A stretch of 64,000 nucleotides of DNA from Desulfobacterales bacterium (GCA_963668645.2 CAXXWC010000008.1:64001-128000), one strand, 5' to 3'; positions 49,414-58,571 are shown, counted from the stretch's first letter. The notes: generated by a model from the letters alone, not told the origin. Made by a program: numbers and translations.

Positions 49414-50045
49414 AACCCACCATACGTTCGCTGTCTTTATTTGTCGTCAGCGTTTCGATAATCGCCTATGCCTGGCCCGGGATTTCATCTTTTTTGATGT
49501 ATGATCGACAAGCGATCCTAGCAGGAGAATTGTGGCGGCTTTTCACCGCGCCCGTGGTTCATTTTTCAGCGAGTCATATGATCTGGGATGCCGTGGTTTT
49601 TGGGGCCGCCGGTTTAACCATCGAAGCGGCCGGTTTCCGTTATTTTTGGCTCGTATGCGGCTTTGCAGCCGTTATTCCCAGTATGATATTTTTCCTGGCG
49701 GTCCCGGAAATAGCGCGATTTGGCGGACTTTCCGGGTTGGCTACCGGAGCGGTAACATACCTTTCACTTAGCAGTTTATGCGGATCGAAGAAGAACAAAT
49801 GGATATGGCTGGTCATCCTCGCTTTTATCGGCGTCAAGATTGTTATTGAAACGATACTCGGGGTTCCGTTATTTGCCCGGCCCGAGACTATGCCTTTTCG
49901 GCCGGTTCCTCTGGCCCATGGATTGGGATGCCTGGGGGCATTGGTTGCGATAGCCTGGAGTTGGCCCGATTTCGTGCCCACAGGGCACCAGGAGGCTGGC
50001 CGTTGTGAAGTTGGTGTTCTGCCTCGCGATCCCCTGCGAACATGA
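49392..50045 (+). CDS. Rhombosortase (rhomboid protease)
   Basis: YDRQAI..GELWRLFT..VH..H, GLSG catalytic Ser, AHGLG catalytic His. Confidence 0.82.
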   Translation: MVEQEKIKPTIRSLSLFVVSVSIIAYAWPGISSFLMYDRQAILAGELWRLFTAPVVHFSASHMIWDAVVFGAAGLTIEAAGFRYFWLVCGFAAVIPSMIFFLAVPEIARFGGLSGLATGAVTYLSLSSLCGSKKNKWIWLVILAFIGVKIVIETILGVPLFARPETMPFRPVPLAHGLGCLGALVAIAWSWPDFVPTGHQEAGRCEVGVLPRDPLRT

Positions 50046-50080
50046 ATCCGGCCTGCCTCGTAAAATGAAACCCCCGGGGT

Positions 50081-50591
50081 ATGGAAAACATGGAAAAATC
50101 GAATACGGTTCGAGACGCTGAAAAGGCCGATGCCGAGCGGCTGGCCGGGTTGATACGATCCGCCTTTCGCGATGTGGCTGAACGCTTTGGGCTTACGGCG
50201 CAAAACTGCCCCAAACATCCATCCAACTGTATCGGAACATGGATAGAGGCCGATTTCGCGCGGGGCGTGGAATTATTTTATCCTGTCGCAGGATGGTGCT
50301 CCTGTGGGGTGCGTCGGGGTGGAAAAGGCCGGGGACGATTTTTACTATCTTGAGCGCCTGGCAGTGCTGCCCCAAAAGCGGCGGCAGGGATTGGGCCGGC
50401 AACTGGCGCTACATGCCATCGAAGAGGCCAGGTCAAAGGGAGCCGGCCGGATCGGCATCGGCATCATCGCCGCGCAGCACGAACTGAAACGATGGTACGA
50501 GCGACTGGGATTTGTCGCAACGGCCACCAAGCGCTTTTCCCATCTGCCTTTCGAGGTTTGCCTGATGGCATTGTCGCTGGGTTCGGTATAG
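50081..50591 (+). pseudogene. GNAT acetyltransferase with a +1 frameshift
   Basis: Removing one T at 50273/50274 gives VEYFILSQDGAPVGCVGVE, joining NCPKHPSNC to LERLAV..RRQGLG..WYERLGF. Confidence 0.8.
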
Positions 50592-50667
50592 TTCTCCGCC
50601 ACCAGAGGCCCCCAGGCCCCAACATTTTTTTAACGAGTACAGTCTTAACCGCTTCGGGCCGGCAGGA

Positions 50668-50750
50668 CGGCACCTGAATCGCTGTCGGGCGGTGAAAAAC
50701 AGCGGCTGGTGATTGCCTGTGCCAAGGGCATCGTTCATCCTGATCCTACC
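50668..50750 (+). pseudogene. Decayed ABC ATPase fragment
   Basis: 50682-50723 encodes LSGGEKQRLVIACA, preceded by frameshifted RH/PES; no intact ORF. Confidence 0.55.
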
Positions 50751-51248
50751 TTGCCGCATGTTTTCGGCCCTGACCAACCTCTTTGTACACCTGAACTTCG
50801 AGGTAAGCGGCCTGTCATCCTGACAAACCGCCGTATCCGGTGCTGTGGCCGTTGGGGTTAAAGATGGCGCAGTGCCGCCCTTCGGCGAAGTGGTAGGGGT
50901 GTGCTGAACGCAGACTGTATAAATGAATTCTTTTTCTGAACCATAAACCGTGGACGATCGCAGGCGTTTTCAGAAAAAAAACCGTCACGCCGGTTGCGAT
51001 GAGGGCAGCAACATGTGCATGGGATGGGGAATCCGTAGTTGAGCAAGTACATGGCAGGATGGACATGCGGAGAATTGCCAGCGGTTTGACAGTGTCGTTG
51101 TTTTGTGCTAATGCTTTCATATATCCATATACTGAATAATTAATAAAATTCCTTCGAAAACTTGACCACAACATGTCGTGGCGGAATTTTCGAATTCAGC
51201 GGCGTCTCGCCGGACAACCTGATGCGTGTTCGCCCAGAGTCCGGCAGA

Positions 51249-51264
51249 TGGCACGCCATTTGCG
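51249..51264 (+). promoter_or_regulatory. Sigma54 (-24/-12) promoter of the peptide/rSAM pair
   Basis: TGGCACGCCATTTGCG fits TGGCACG-N4-TTGC with exact GG-N10-GC spacing; ends 58 nt before ATG 51323. Confidence 0.7.
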
Positions 51265-51322
51265 GCGCATGGCATGCAGACTGTTTCCGTATCCTCTTAA
51301 ACGTGATGAAAGGAGGGGGAAA

Positions 51323-51598
51323 ATGGCCGAATTCGTCAAGATACAGGAACTGCAGGACTATCACCGGCTTGTCGAAAACGTCGAGCGCGGGGAGGCCCAT
51401 GTGGTTCTGAAATACGGCGGTCCATGCAACGAGCATGGCGGCGGCGGTATTCATGTTTTTTACGGTGCGCCGTGCGCCCTGTTGGATAGCGTCGATTTCG
51501 GAAACAAGGAGTATATCGGCCTTCGCTACGGTGCGCCGTGCAAACCGCCCTATGTCATTGTCAAGTACGGTGGGCCATGTGCTAGCCTGAAAGATTAG
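51323..51598 (+). CDS. Candidate RiPP precursor (91 aa) with four YG[G/A]PC repeats
   Basis: Strong RBS AGGAGG; VLKYGGPC, HVFYGAPC, GLRYGAPC and IVKYGGPC; directly upstream of a radical SAM/SPASM gene. Confidence 0.85.
   Translation: MAEFVKIQELQDYHRLVENVERGEAHVVLKYGGPCNEHGGGGIHVFYGAPCALLDSVDFGNKEYIGLRYGAPCKPPYVIVKYGGPCASLKD
51413..51580 (+). repeat. Four coding repeats TAC GGN GSN CCR TGY
   Basis: Copies start at 51413, 51461, 51527 and 51566; tacggtgcgccgtgc is identical at 51461 and 51527. Confidence 0.85.
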
Positions 51599-51675
51599 CG
51601 TCCGATACAGTGGTCCGGCAACAGATCCATCGAAGGGGATACGGAAACAATATCCCTGAAAGAAGAGGCGGAAAA

Positions 51676-53271
51676 GTGAGAAATGACCATATGCCGCATG
51701 AAGGTTCCTCCCCAAAGGGCCGGCAAAAACCGCCCGCGGTCGAATATCATCCGGTAACGGCAGTTTGGGAAATCACCTTCGCCTGCAACATGCGATGCAA
51801 ACATTGCGGGTCCGGGTGTAACACCTTTCTGCCCGATGAGTTGACCACGGAAGAGGCGTTGTCACTTTGCGATGACATCGGCAAAATGGGACTTCGCTAT
51901 CTGACCCTTTCGGGGGGTGAACCTTTCGTCAGAAAGGACTGGCATCGTATCGCCAAGCGGTTGCGTGAAAACAATGTCATTCCGGTGGTGATCAGTAACG
52001 GCTGGTACATCGACGAGGATATCATCGATAGCGCCTTGGCGGCGGGGGTTTCCAATATCGCCGTGAGTCTAGATGGAATGAAAAGCGGACACGATTGGGT
52101 CAGAAAGAAAGGCTCCTTTGAAAGGACGACCAAAGCCCTCGACCTGATGCGCCGCAAAGGGATGTCTTCATCGGTGGTCACCGCCATCAATAAGGAAAAC
52201 ATCGGCGAACTGCCCCGCCTGCGGGACCTGTTGGTCGAGCTGAAGGTGGAATCCTGGCAGATGCAGATCGCCGTGGCCATGGGAAACCTTCTTGAAAACA
52301 CGCAGCTGCTCATATCCCCGCGGCAGATCGACACGATCATCGATTTCGCTCATGCCACCAACATGGAAAAAAAGATCAAGGTTTATCTTGCCGATTGCGT
52401 CGGTTACTACAACACCAAAGAGGTGGAAATCCGGCGCATGCATTCACCGGATCCAGGTTACAGCGGTTTTTTCAACGGCTGTCCGGCCGGCAAGAACGCT
52501 TTCGGGATACGCTGCAACGGAGACATCACCGGTTGCACCTCGATCCGTGACGATTCATATATCGAGGCGAATGTGCGTGATATCCCTCTGCCTGAACTGT
52601 GGCGTCAGGAGGGGGCCTTTGCCTGGAATCGGTCTTTGAGCAAAAACGATCTGGCCGGTTTCTGCCGCCAATGCCAGTATGGGGCCTGGTGTCTCGGCGG
52701 GTGTACCAACCTCAAGATCACGATGAGCAAATCCCTGTATGAAAACAGATACTGTTCATTCTACATGGCCGTCCGGGAGGTGGCCGATGAGGTGAGCGCC
52801 ATCGGCGATCGTTTCGTGCTTGTGGACAAGGGGGCGGGCTATTGCCGCAGCGGCGAATACCAGTTTGCCGAAGCGTGTTTTGCCAGGGCCCTGGAGCTTT
52901 GGCCCGAGGATATCGAGGCCTTGAACTATCTTGGTTTTCTCCATTTCCAGATGGAAAATTACGATACCGCCCTCGATTTTAACCGGCGGTCATTGGCCGT
53001 CGCGCCAGCAGGAGCCTACGCGTTGAAAGGGATGGGGAATTGCCTCGTAAAGCTGGGCTACCTCGAAAAGGGGATTTCTTTTCTGAAACAGTCTATCGAA
53101 GCGGCACCGGACGACTTCACCGACCCGTATTTTGATTTGGCCGTGGTCTGCTACGACAACGGCCGCCACGGCGAAGGTCTGCGAATCATCGAGGCCGGAC
53201 GAAAACGCTCTGAAGCCTTCGTCGCCCAGTCCGAAGCGCTTTACGACCTGTTACGGTCGACCCGCCCGTAA
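51676..53271 (+). CDS. Radical SAM/SPASM peptide maturase with C-terminal TPR domain
   Basis: VWEITFACNMRCKHCGS, SGGEP, SNG, VSLDG; SPASM CPAG..G..GDITGC..CRQCQY..CLGGC..YC; TPR-like helices afterwards; start inferred (GTG 51676 or ATG 51691). Confidence 0.9.
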   Translation: MRNDHMPHEGSSPKGRQKPPAVEYHPVTAVWEITFACNMRCKHCGSGCNTFLPDELTTEEALSLCDDIGKMGLRYLTLSGGEPFVRKDWHRIAKRLRENNVIPVVISNGWYIDEDIIDSALAAGVSNIAVSLDGMKSGHDWVRKKGSFERTTKALDLMRRKGMSSSVVTAINKENIGELPRLRDLLVELKVESWQMQIAVAMGNLLENTQLLISPRQIDTIIDFAHATNMEKKIKVYLADCVGYYNTKEVEIRRMHSPDPGYSGFFNGCPAGKNAFGIRCNGDITGCTSIRDDSYIEANVRDIPLPELWRQEGAFAWNRSLSKNDLAGFCRQCQYGAWCLGGCTNLKITMSKSLYENRYCSFYMAVREVADEVSAIGDRFVLVDKGAGYCRSGEYQFAEACFARALELWPEDIEALNYLGFLHFQMENYDTALDFNRRSLAVAPAGAYALKGMGNCLVKLGYLEKGISFLKQSIEAAPDDFTDPYFDLAVVCYDNGRHGEGLRIIEAGRKRSEAFVAQSEALYDLLRSTRP

Positions 53272-53370
53272 AACTGCGCGACACCACGGCAAGTGTTCCC
53301 TTCAAGGCGTGAAGATGCCTGCAAACGGTTAGTTCTTAGGCGTTGCCTGACCGCGGATTACTTGTCTTTT

Positions 53371-54753
53371 TCAAGCCACCATCAAAGCGGTCATCTCGCC
53401 GATGTTTTCCATGGAATCGAGATCCTCCACAATCATCCGAAAAAGGCGTGCAGCCCGGGTGCCGCCGATCACGGGGCCTGCCAGCGCATCGAATTTCGCG
53501 GCCTCCTCTTCAACGCTCATGGGATTTCGCGGATCCCCTTTGGGGATTCGTACCGTCCTGTGGTGGGTTTTGCCCGATTTTTCCTTCACCGTTACCTTGG
53601 ACATCAATTCCCGGTTGACCTGGGGATAGAGCCTGTTGGCTTCATCCCATTCGGCGAAAGCGACTTTTTGGGCCGTGCCGAGTAGGGACGGGTCGCAGAT
53701 GCGCTCTGGTTCGAGCCACTGCGGTCCCGGTTGGATGCCGTGAACGGCCAGCGCCACCAGGAAAGGCGCGCTGAAAACCACGTCGAAAGGCAGGGTGGGA
53801 AGCGCGGTATAGTCTTGGACCACCTCGTAGAATGTTTCCACGAGGATCGATTCGATATTCTGCGGCTGAGGACGGTGCTCGGCGACGATAGCGCAAATCG
53901 CATCAAGCGTCGGGTGGATGTGGCGGCAGGCCGGATACGGTTTGGTGTGGACCTTGAGGGTGAAGTGCGCGTTGAGCGGTGCGCGCATGGCGTCGTAGTC
54001 GCAACGATCCGACGAGGCCATGATCCAGAAACCGTCTTCGCCGTCGAAGATGGTGGTGTCGGCCAGAAAACCTTCACGGGCGAGAATGGCCGACAGCACG
54101 CCACCGTAGGACGTATAACCGAAATTGTTTTTCAGCCACTGGATCTGGCCGTCGATAAAGCCCCATTTTCGCAGGGACGGAACCGAGGCATGCAGGGCGG
54201 CATGCCCATAGCAGTGGGCGGTTTGCTCCCGGTCCAGTTTCGTCAACTTGGCCGCCACGGCGGCGGCGCAGAAGATCTGCCAGGTATTGATGCCGCGGAC
54301 CCGTTTGGTCCGCTCCGGGGTCGGCTTGATGCCATTGGACACCCGGATACCGATTTCATAGCCGGCAACAACCGCCTCGATCAGTTTGCGTCCATCGATG
54401 TTCCCCGCTTCTCCCATGCTGAGTGCAACCGGCACCACCGTTGACCCGGGGTGGCCGTCATAGGTGTCGTCAAGGTCCAGCGTCGTTGCCAGATAGGAAT
54501 TGACGTACACGGCATTAAGAAGCGGCATCCGGTTTCGTGTACCGCAGATGCCGACTTCGTCGACACCTCCCATGGCACTGAAAATGTTTACCATTTTACT
54601 GCCCTGGATCGGCCGGGTACCGCCGATCATGCAAGCGACGGAATCGGCAATCAGTAGCCGTGCTTTTTGTATCACCTCTGCGGGAAGGGTATCGTAGACG
54701 ATCTGACCTGTGAGGTCGGCCATGGCGTAAGCGGTGCGGGAGTCCTTGTCCAT
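53371..54753 (-). CDS. MmgE/PrpD family protein
   Basis: LDLDDTY..HPG, AGYEIG, KPYPACRHIH and PKGDPRNP motifs. Confidence 0.88.
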   Translation of the reverse strand: MDKDSRTAYAMADLTGQIVYDTLPAEVIQKARLLIADSVACMIGGTRPIQGSKMVNIFSAMGGVDEVGICGTRNRMPLLNAVYVNSYLATTLDLDDTYDGHPGSTVVPVALSMGEAGNIDGRKLIEAVVAGYEIGIRVSNGIKPTPERTKRVRGINTWQIFCAAAVAAKLTKLDREQTAHCYGHAALHASVPSLRKWGFIDGQIQWLKNNFGYTSYGGVLSAILAREGFLADTTIFDGEDGFWIMASSDRCDYDAMRAPLNAHFTLKVHTKPYPACRHIHPTLDAICAIVAEHRPQPQNIESILVETFYEVVQDYTALPTLPFDVVFSAPFLVALAVHGIQPGPQWLEPERICDPSLLGTAQKVAFAEWDEANRLYPQVNRELMSKVTVKEKSGKTHHRTVRIPKGDPRNPMSVEEEAAKFDALAGPVIGGTRAARLFRMIVEDLDSMENIGEMTALMVA

Positions 54754-54932
54754 GCTCGCTACCTGTTTTCTCTGCGTTGGGTGTCAGTTCTATAACGAAA
54801 ATTCAGAGGCTGCTGCAAACGGGTGGATCGCAGCCATTTTGACCGGGGCCTAACGCCCTTGATGCGCCCGCGGCGATTGCCTGCGGCGCACATCAAAGGG
54901 CGTACGCTTTGTTACGGATGTTTCCGGGTTTC

Positions 54933-56165
54933 CTATCGGTCCTTCCAGGCCGGAATGGGATAGACGATCTTGCCGGTGGCCACGTCCTCCGGAAATAACA
55001 GAACGAGGCGCTGCTTGCCGTCCTTTTTCTGAACCTGGGTGACGATGAAAGGCATGAGCAACTGTTTGCCGGCATCATCGATCTGATAGGGCCCGGTCAT
55101 AACCGTTACTTTGCTCGAAAGGTCCAAAGCGGCCTTTTTCAGCGCTGCACCCTCCAGGGAGCCCGACTTTTCAATGAACAGTCCAAGCAGCACGCCGGCG
55201 CCATAGGAAAGGGAGGTCTGGAAGTCCGGGGGATTTTCCGCATTGGGGAACTGCTTATCGAACACCTTTTCGAACTCGGCGCGGGACATGCCGGCGGTGA
55301 CCTTCCAGTTCAAATTTTCATGATAGAGGGTGTGCCCGAAGATATACAGACCGTCGTCTCCAAGGTCTCCCCACTGCGGCATGCCTGAATAGACCATGTA
55401 GGTGTAGGGAAAGGCCAGGTTGGCTTCCTTCATCTGCCGGATCATGATCTTTTGATCGTCCATGTAGGCAGAAGCATAAAAGCCGTCCGCACCGCTTGCC
55501 CGGACTTTTTGCAGTAGGATGGTGAAATCTTTGGTGCCCGGGGAGTACTTTTCGTAGGTCACCACTTGGATACCGTTTGCCTCTGCCAGGCGTTTGGCGT
55601 GCTTTGCCATGCCGGCGGGGAAGGGCTCGTCTACATAAACGACCGCCAGCTTCTTGATGCCCAATTTGGTCATGTGATCGACTTCGGGCTTGGGCATGAG
55701 CGATACCGGCGCCTCGGTGGCCGAAACGATGGTTTTGTACCCCTGCTCGTAGATGCTGTCCGATGCCGCTGACCAGATGACCAGCATTTTGCCGTACTTC
55801 TCGGTGATGGCCGCTGCTGCGCCGGTCAGCGTTGAGCCGAAGGGAGCGAAGCAGACGTCGACCTTATCCTCGTTGATCAGTTTTTCATAAAGTTTGACCA
55901 CGGTTTCCTTGTCGCTACGATCATCGTAGTAGACCAGCTTTACCGGAACTTTCTTGCCGCCGATCATCAAACCACCGTTCGCATTGATTTGATCGGCCCA
56001 GATAGTGACTCCCTTGAATCCCTGGGAGGATGCGAAGGTGTATTTTCCTGTCGTCGAAATGGTCAGTCCGATCTTGATTGCGTCTTTTGCCCCGGCCATG
56101 CCGGCCAGGGGTCCTGCCAGGACAAGTGCCAAAACGCCCATCAGAACAATCAGTTTCCTCATCAT
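54933..56165 (-). CDS. Liv-type (HAAT) ABC substrate-binding protein
   Basis: Signal peptide; IKIG..S.TG, INANGG, YYDDRSD and APFGS motifs. Confidence 0.88.
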   Translation of the reverse strand: MMRKLIVLMGVLALVLAGPLAGMAGAKDAIKIGLTISTTGKYTFASSQGFKGVTIWADQINANGGLMIGGKKVPVKLVYYDDRSDKETVVKLYEKLINEDKVDVCFAPFGSTLTGAAAAITEKYGKMLVIWSAASDSIYEQGYKTIVSATEAPVSLMPKPEVDHMTKLGIKKLAVVYVDEPFPAGMAKHAKRLAEANGIQVVTYEKYSPGTKDFTILLQKVRASGADGFYASAYMDDQKIMIRQMKEANLAFPYTYMVYSGMPQWGDLGDDGLYIFGHTLYHENLNWKVTAGMSRAEFEKVFDKQFPNAENPPDFQTSLSYGAGVLLGLFIEKSGSLEGAALKKAALDLSSKVTVMTGPYQIDDAGKQLLMPFIVTQVQKKDGKQRLVLLFPEDVATGKIVYPIPAWKDR

Positions 56166-56217
56166 TTGTCCTCCTCCTCCTTGTTTTAGGTATGACGATC
56201 CATGATCGTGTGACGAA

Positions 56218-56934
56218 TCAGTTCAGCCAACTTTTGATCACTTCCTTGAGGCTGCCTTCAAAGTCCTGCCGGCTTCCATCGACCTTGTTTTTACCGAGCT
56301 CCAGAACATAAAGATGGTCAGAAATTTCAAAGGCCTGGCGCACCCGCTGATCTACCATCACGATGGAGATGTTTTCCGACTTGAGATCGAGCAGCGTCTG
56401 ATAGATCTGTTTGGCGATACGCGGCGCCAGGGTCGCCGTGGGTTCGTCAAGAAGGCACACCTGGGGGCGGGTCAGCAGCGAGCGGCCGATCTCCAGGATC
56501 TTTTGCTGGCCGCCGCTTAAAAGCCCTGCGCTGATGTTCCGTTTTTCTCCGAGAACCGGAAACCGCTGGCAAACTTCGTCAATGGCGCGCTCGACGCGCT
56601 TTTTATCCTTTTTGAAGATCCAGGTTCCCAACTCGAGGTTTTCCCGGACGGTCAGATCCGGAAATATGCTGCGCAGCTGGGGCACGTATGCGATGCCCTT
56701 GCGGATAAATTCGTGCACCTTGAGGCCGGTAACGGGCTTGCCGTGAAAGCAGACCGTTCCGGTTTTCGGTTTGAGCAGTCCGTAAAGAGTCTTGAGCAAG
56801 GTCGATTTGCCGGCGCCGTTCGGGCCGATGATGGTCGTCACCTTTCCCCTCGCGGCTTCGAACGAGACGTCCTTTAAGATGTTGATGTCTCCATAATAGG
56901 AAACGGTCAGGTTTGCCGCTTGAATGATGGTCAT
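56218..56934 (-). CDS. LivF-like ABC ATPase
   Basis: GPNGAGKS, YVPQ, LSGGQ and LDEPT motifs. Confidence 0.88.
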   Translation of the reverse strand: MTIIQAANLTVSYYGDINILKDVSFEAARGKVTTIIGPNGAGKSTLLKTLYGLLKPKTGTVCFHGKPVTGLKVHEFIRKGIAYVPQLRSIFPDLTVRENLELGTWIFKKDKKRVERAIDEVCQRFPVLGEKRNISAGLLSGGQQKILEIGRSLLTRPQVCLLDEPTATLAPRIAKQIYQTLLDLKSENISIVMVDQRVRQAFEISDHLYVLELGKNKVDGSRQDFEGSLKEVIKSWLN

Positions 56935-56936
56935 GG

Positions 56937-57650
56937 TCAATTTCCCAGGTAGGCTTCGATCACCCGCTCGTCGTTTTTGATCTCCTGCTCTCCACCTTTG
57001 GCAATGATTTTGCCAAGATCAAAAACGAAAATTTCATCCGAGAGCGTGTAAACCGACTGCATGTCATGGCTGATGAGTACGAAGGTTTTACCGCGACGCT
57101 GAAGCTCACGGATTTGATCGTAAAACAGCTCCTTGAGCTCTGGATGGACTCCGGCAAACGGCTCATCCAGCAAAATCAGGTCGAAATCGGCGATCCAGGC
57201 CCGGAGCAGTTCGAGCAGTTTCTGCTGTCCGCCGGAAAGCTCTCCCCCGAGGCTCTCGGCCAAGTGTCCCATTCCGACGCCTTCCAGCAGATCAACGGCT
57301 TTTTCACGAAGAACGGATGTTTTCGTTTTGGAGCCCAGTACCGGTGCCAGGATGTTGTCGACAACGGATATTTTCTTGAAAGTCCTGGCCACCTGAAAGG
57401 TCCGGCCGATGCCGAGCCTGGCGATTTCGTGGGGTTTGCGGCCCTGGATAGGCCGTCCGCGATAGGCAATTGCCCCCTTTTCCGGTTCGTAAATGCCGTT
57501 GATGCAGTTGAGAAACGTCGTTTTTCCCGAGCCGTTGGGCCCGATCACCGCAAGTATCGAGTTTTCTTTCACCGCCAGACTGATGTCGTCCAGCGCCTTC
57601 AGGCCCCCGAAGGATTTCTCGATATTTTTGATTGATAGCAAAGCATCCAT
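56937..57650 (-). CDS. LivG-like ABC ATPase
   Basis: FGGLKAL, GPNGSGKT, GIGRTFQ and VIEAYLG motifs. Confidence 0.88.
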   Translation of the reverse strand: MDALLSIKNIEKSFGGLKALDDISLAVKENSILAVIGPNGSGKTTFLNCINGIYEPEKGAIAYRGRPIQGRKPHEIARLGIGRTFQVARTFKKISVVDNILAPVLGSKTKTSVLREKAVDLLEGVGMGHLAESLGGELSGGQQKLLELLRAWIADFDLILLDEPFAGVHPELKELFYDQIRELQRRGKTFVLISHDMQSVYTLSDEIFVFDLGKIIAKGGEQEIKNDERVIEAYLGN

Positions 57651-57668
57651 TTTGTCTCTCGAATCGTG

Positions 57669-58553
57669 TTAGACCCGCGTTGATACCTTTCCCAGAATTC
57701 CTTGGGGGCGCACCATGACCATGGCGATCAGGATGACAAAGGCGACCACCGGAGACAGGGCTACCGGCAAAAAGACGGCGCTGAGACTCTCGGCCAAACC
57801 GTAAATCAGGCCGCCGAGTACAGCGCCCAGGGGGGTCCCCAAACCACCGAGTACGATCACGAGAAAGGCGATATTGGTATAACTCTGTCCCAGTACCGGG
57901 GTAATGGCCGGAAAGCTCATGGTCACCAGGCAGCCGGAGATGGCGACAATGGCCAGCCCGAGACCGAACACCAGCGACGATACCCGATGAACGTCGATGC
58001 CCAGAATGGAAACTGCATTGCGGTCTTCGATGATGGCACGCACGGCCTTGCCCGTGTAAGTGCGATAGAGAAAGTAGCTGATGACTCCGATCGCGGCTAT
58101 ACAGATCAACGCGCTGGCCAGCCTGCCGGTGGATAGAAATATCGGGCCGATAAAGATGGACACACGTTCGAACGGCAGGGGGATACTTCTTGGATCGGCC
58201 TTCCAAATCAGCAAGATTATGGAGGTGATGACCAGCGAGACTCCGAAAAAGGTCAAAAAGGAGGCGACCTCTGGATCTTCGGCCTGCTGAATCCGTGAAT
58301 ATAGAAGACCATGCAACACCATCCCCAGCAGAAAGAAAAGCGGCAGTATGATCACGATGGCCTGAAGTGAAGAAAGGCCCCAGTGACGGTTCAGGGTGAA
58401 CGCCAGGTATGCGCCCAGCATCATGAACTCGCCGTGGGCAAAATTCACGATCCGCATCACGCCGTATAGTATGTTCATCCCGATGCCGATAAGGCCGTAT
58501 ATGATGCCCATCAGCAACCCGGAAACGACTGCCATAAGAATCAGTTCTGACAT
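57669..58553 (-). CDS. LivH-like permease
   Basis: YGVMRIVNFAHGE, VLGGLG and RPQGILG motifs. Confidence 0.9.
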   Translation of the reverse strand: MSELILMAVVSGLLMGIIYGLIGIGMNILYGVMRIVNFAHGEFMMLGAYLAFTLNRHWGLSSLQAIVIILPLFFLLGMVLHGLLYSRIQQAEDPEVASFLTFFGVSLVITSIILLIWKADPRSIPLPFERVSIFIGPIFLSTGRLASALICIAAIGVISYFLYRTYTGKAVRAIIEDRNAVSILGIDVHRVSSLVFGLGLAIVAISGCLVTMSFPAITPVLGQSYTNIAFLVIVLGGLGTPLGAVLGGLIYGLAESLSAVFLPVALSPVVAFVILIAMVMVRPQGILGKVSTRV

Positions 58554-58571
58554 AATCTTCTCCTGCGAGCG

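Noticed and set aside
51173..51322. Longer 141-aa version of the peptide ORF
   Set aside because: The AGGAGG RBS and the sigma54 promoter lie inside this extension, which favours ATG 51323
51413..51580. The four repeats as a mini-CRISPR or DNA-level repeat array
   Set aside because: The repeats are only 15 nt, in frame, vary at synonymous positions and have irregular spacers; conservation is at the protein level
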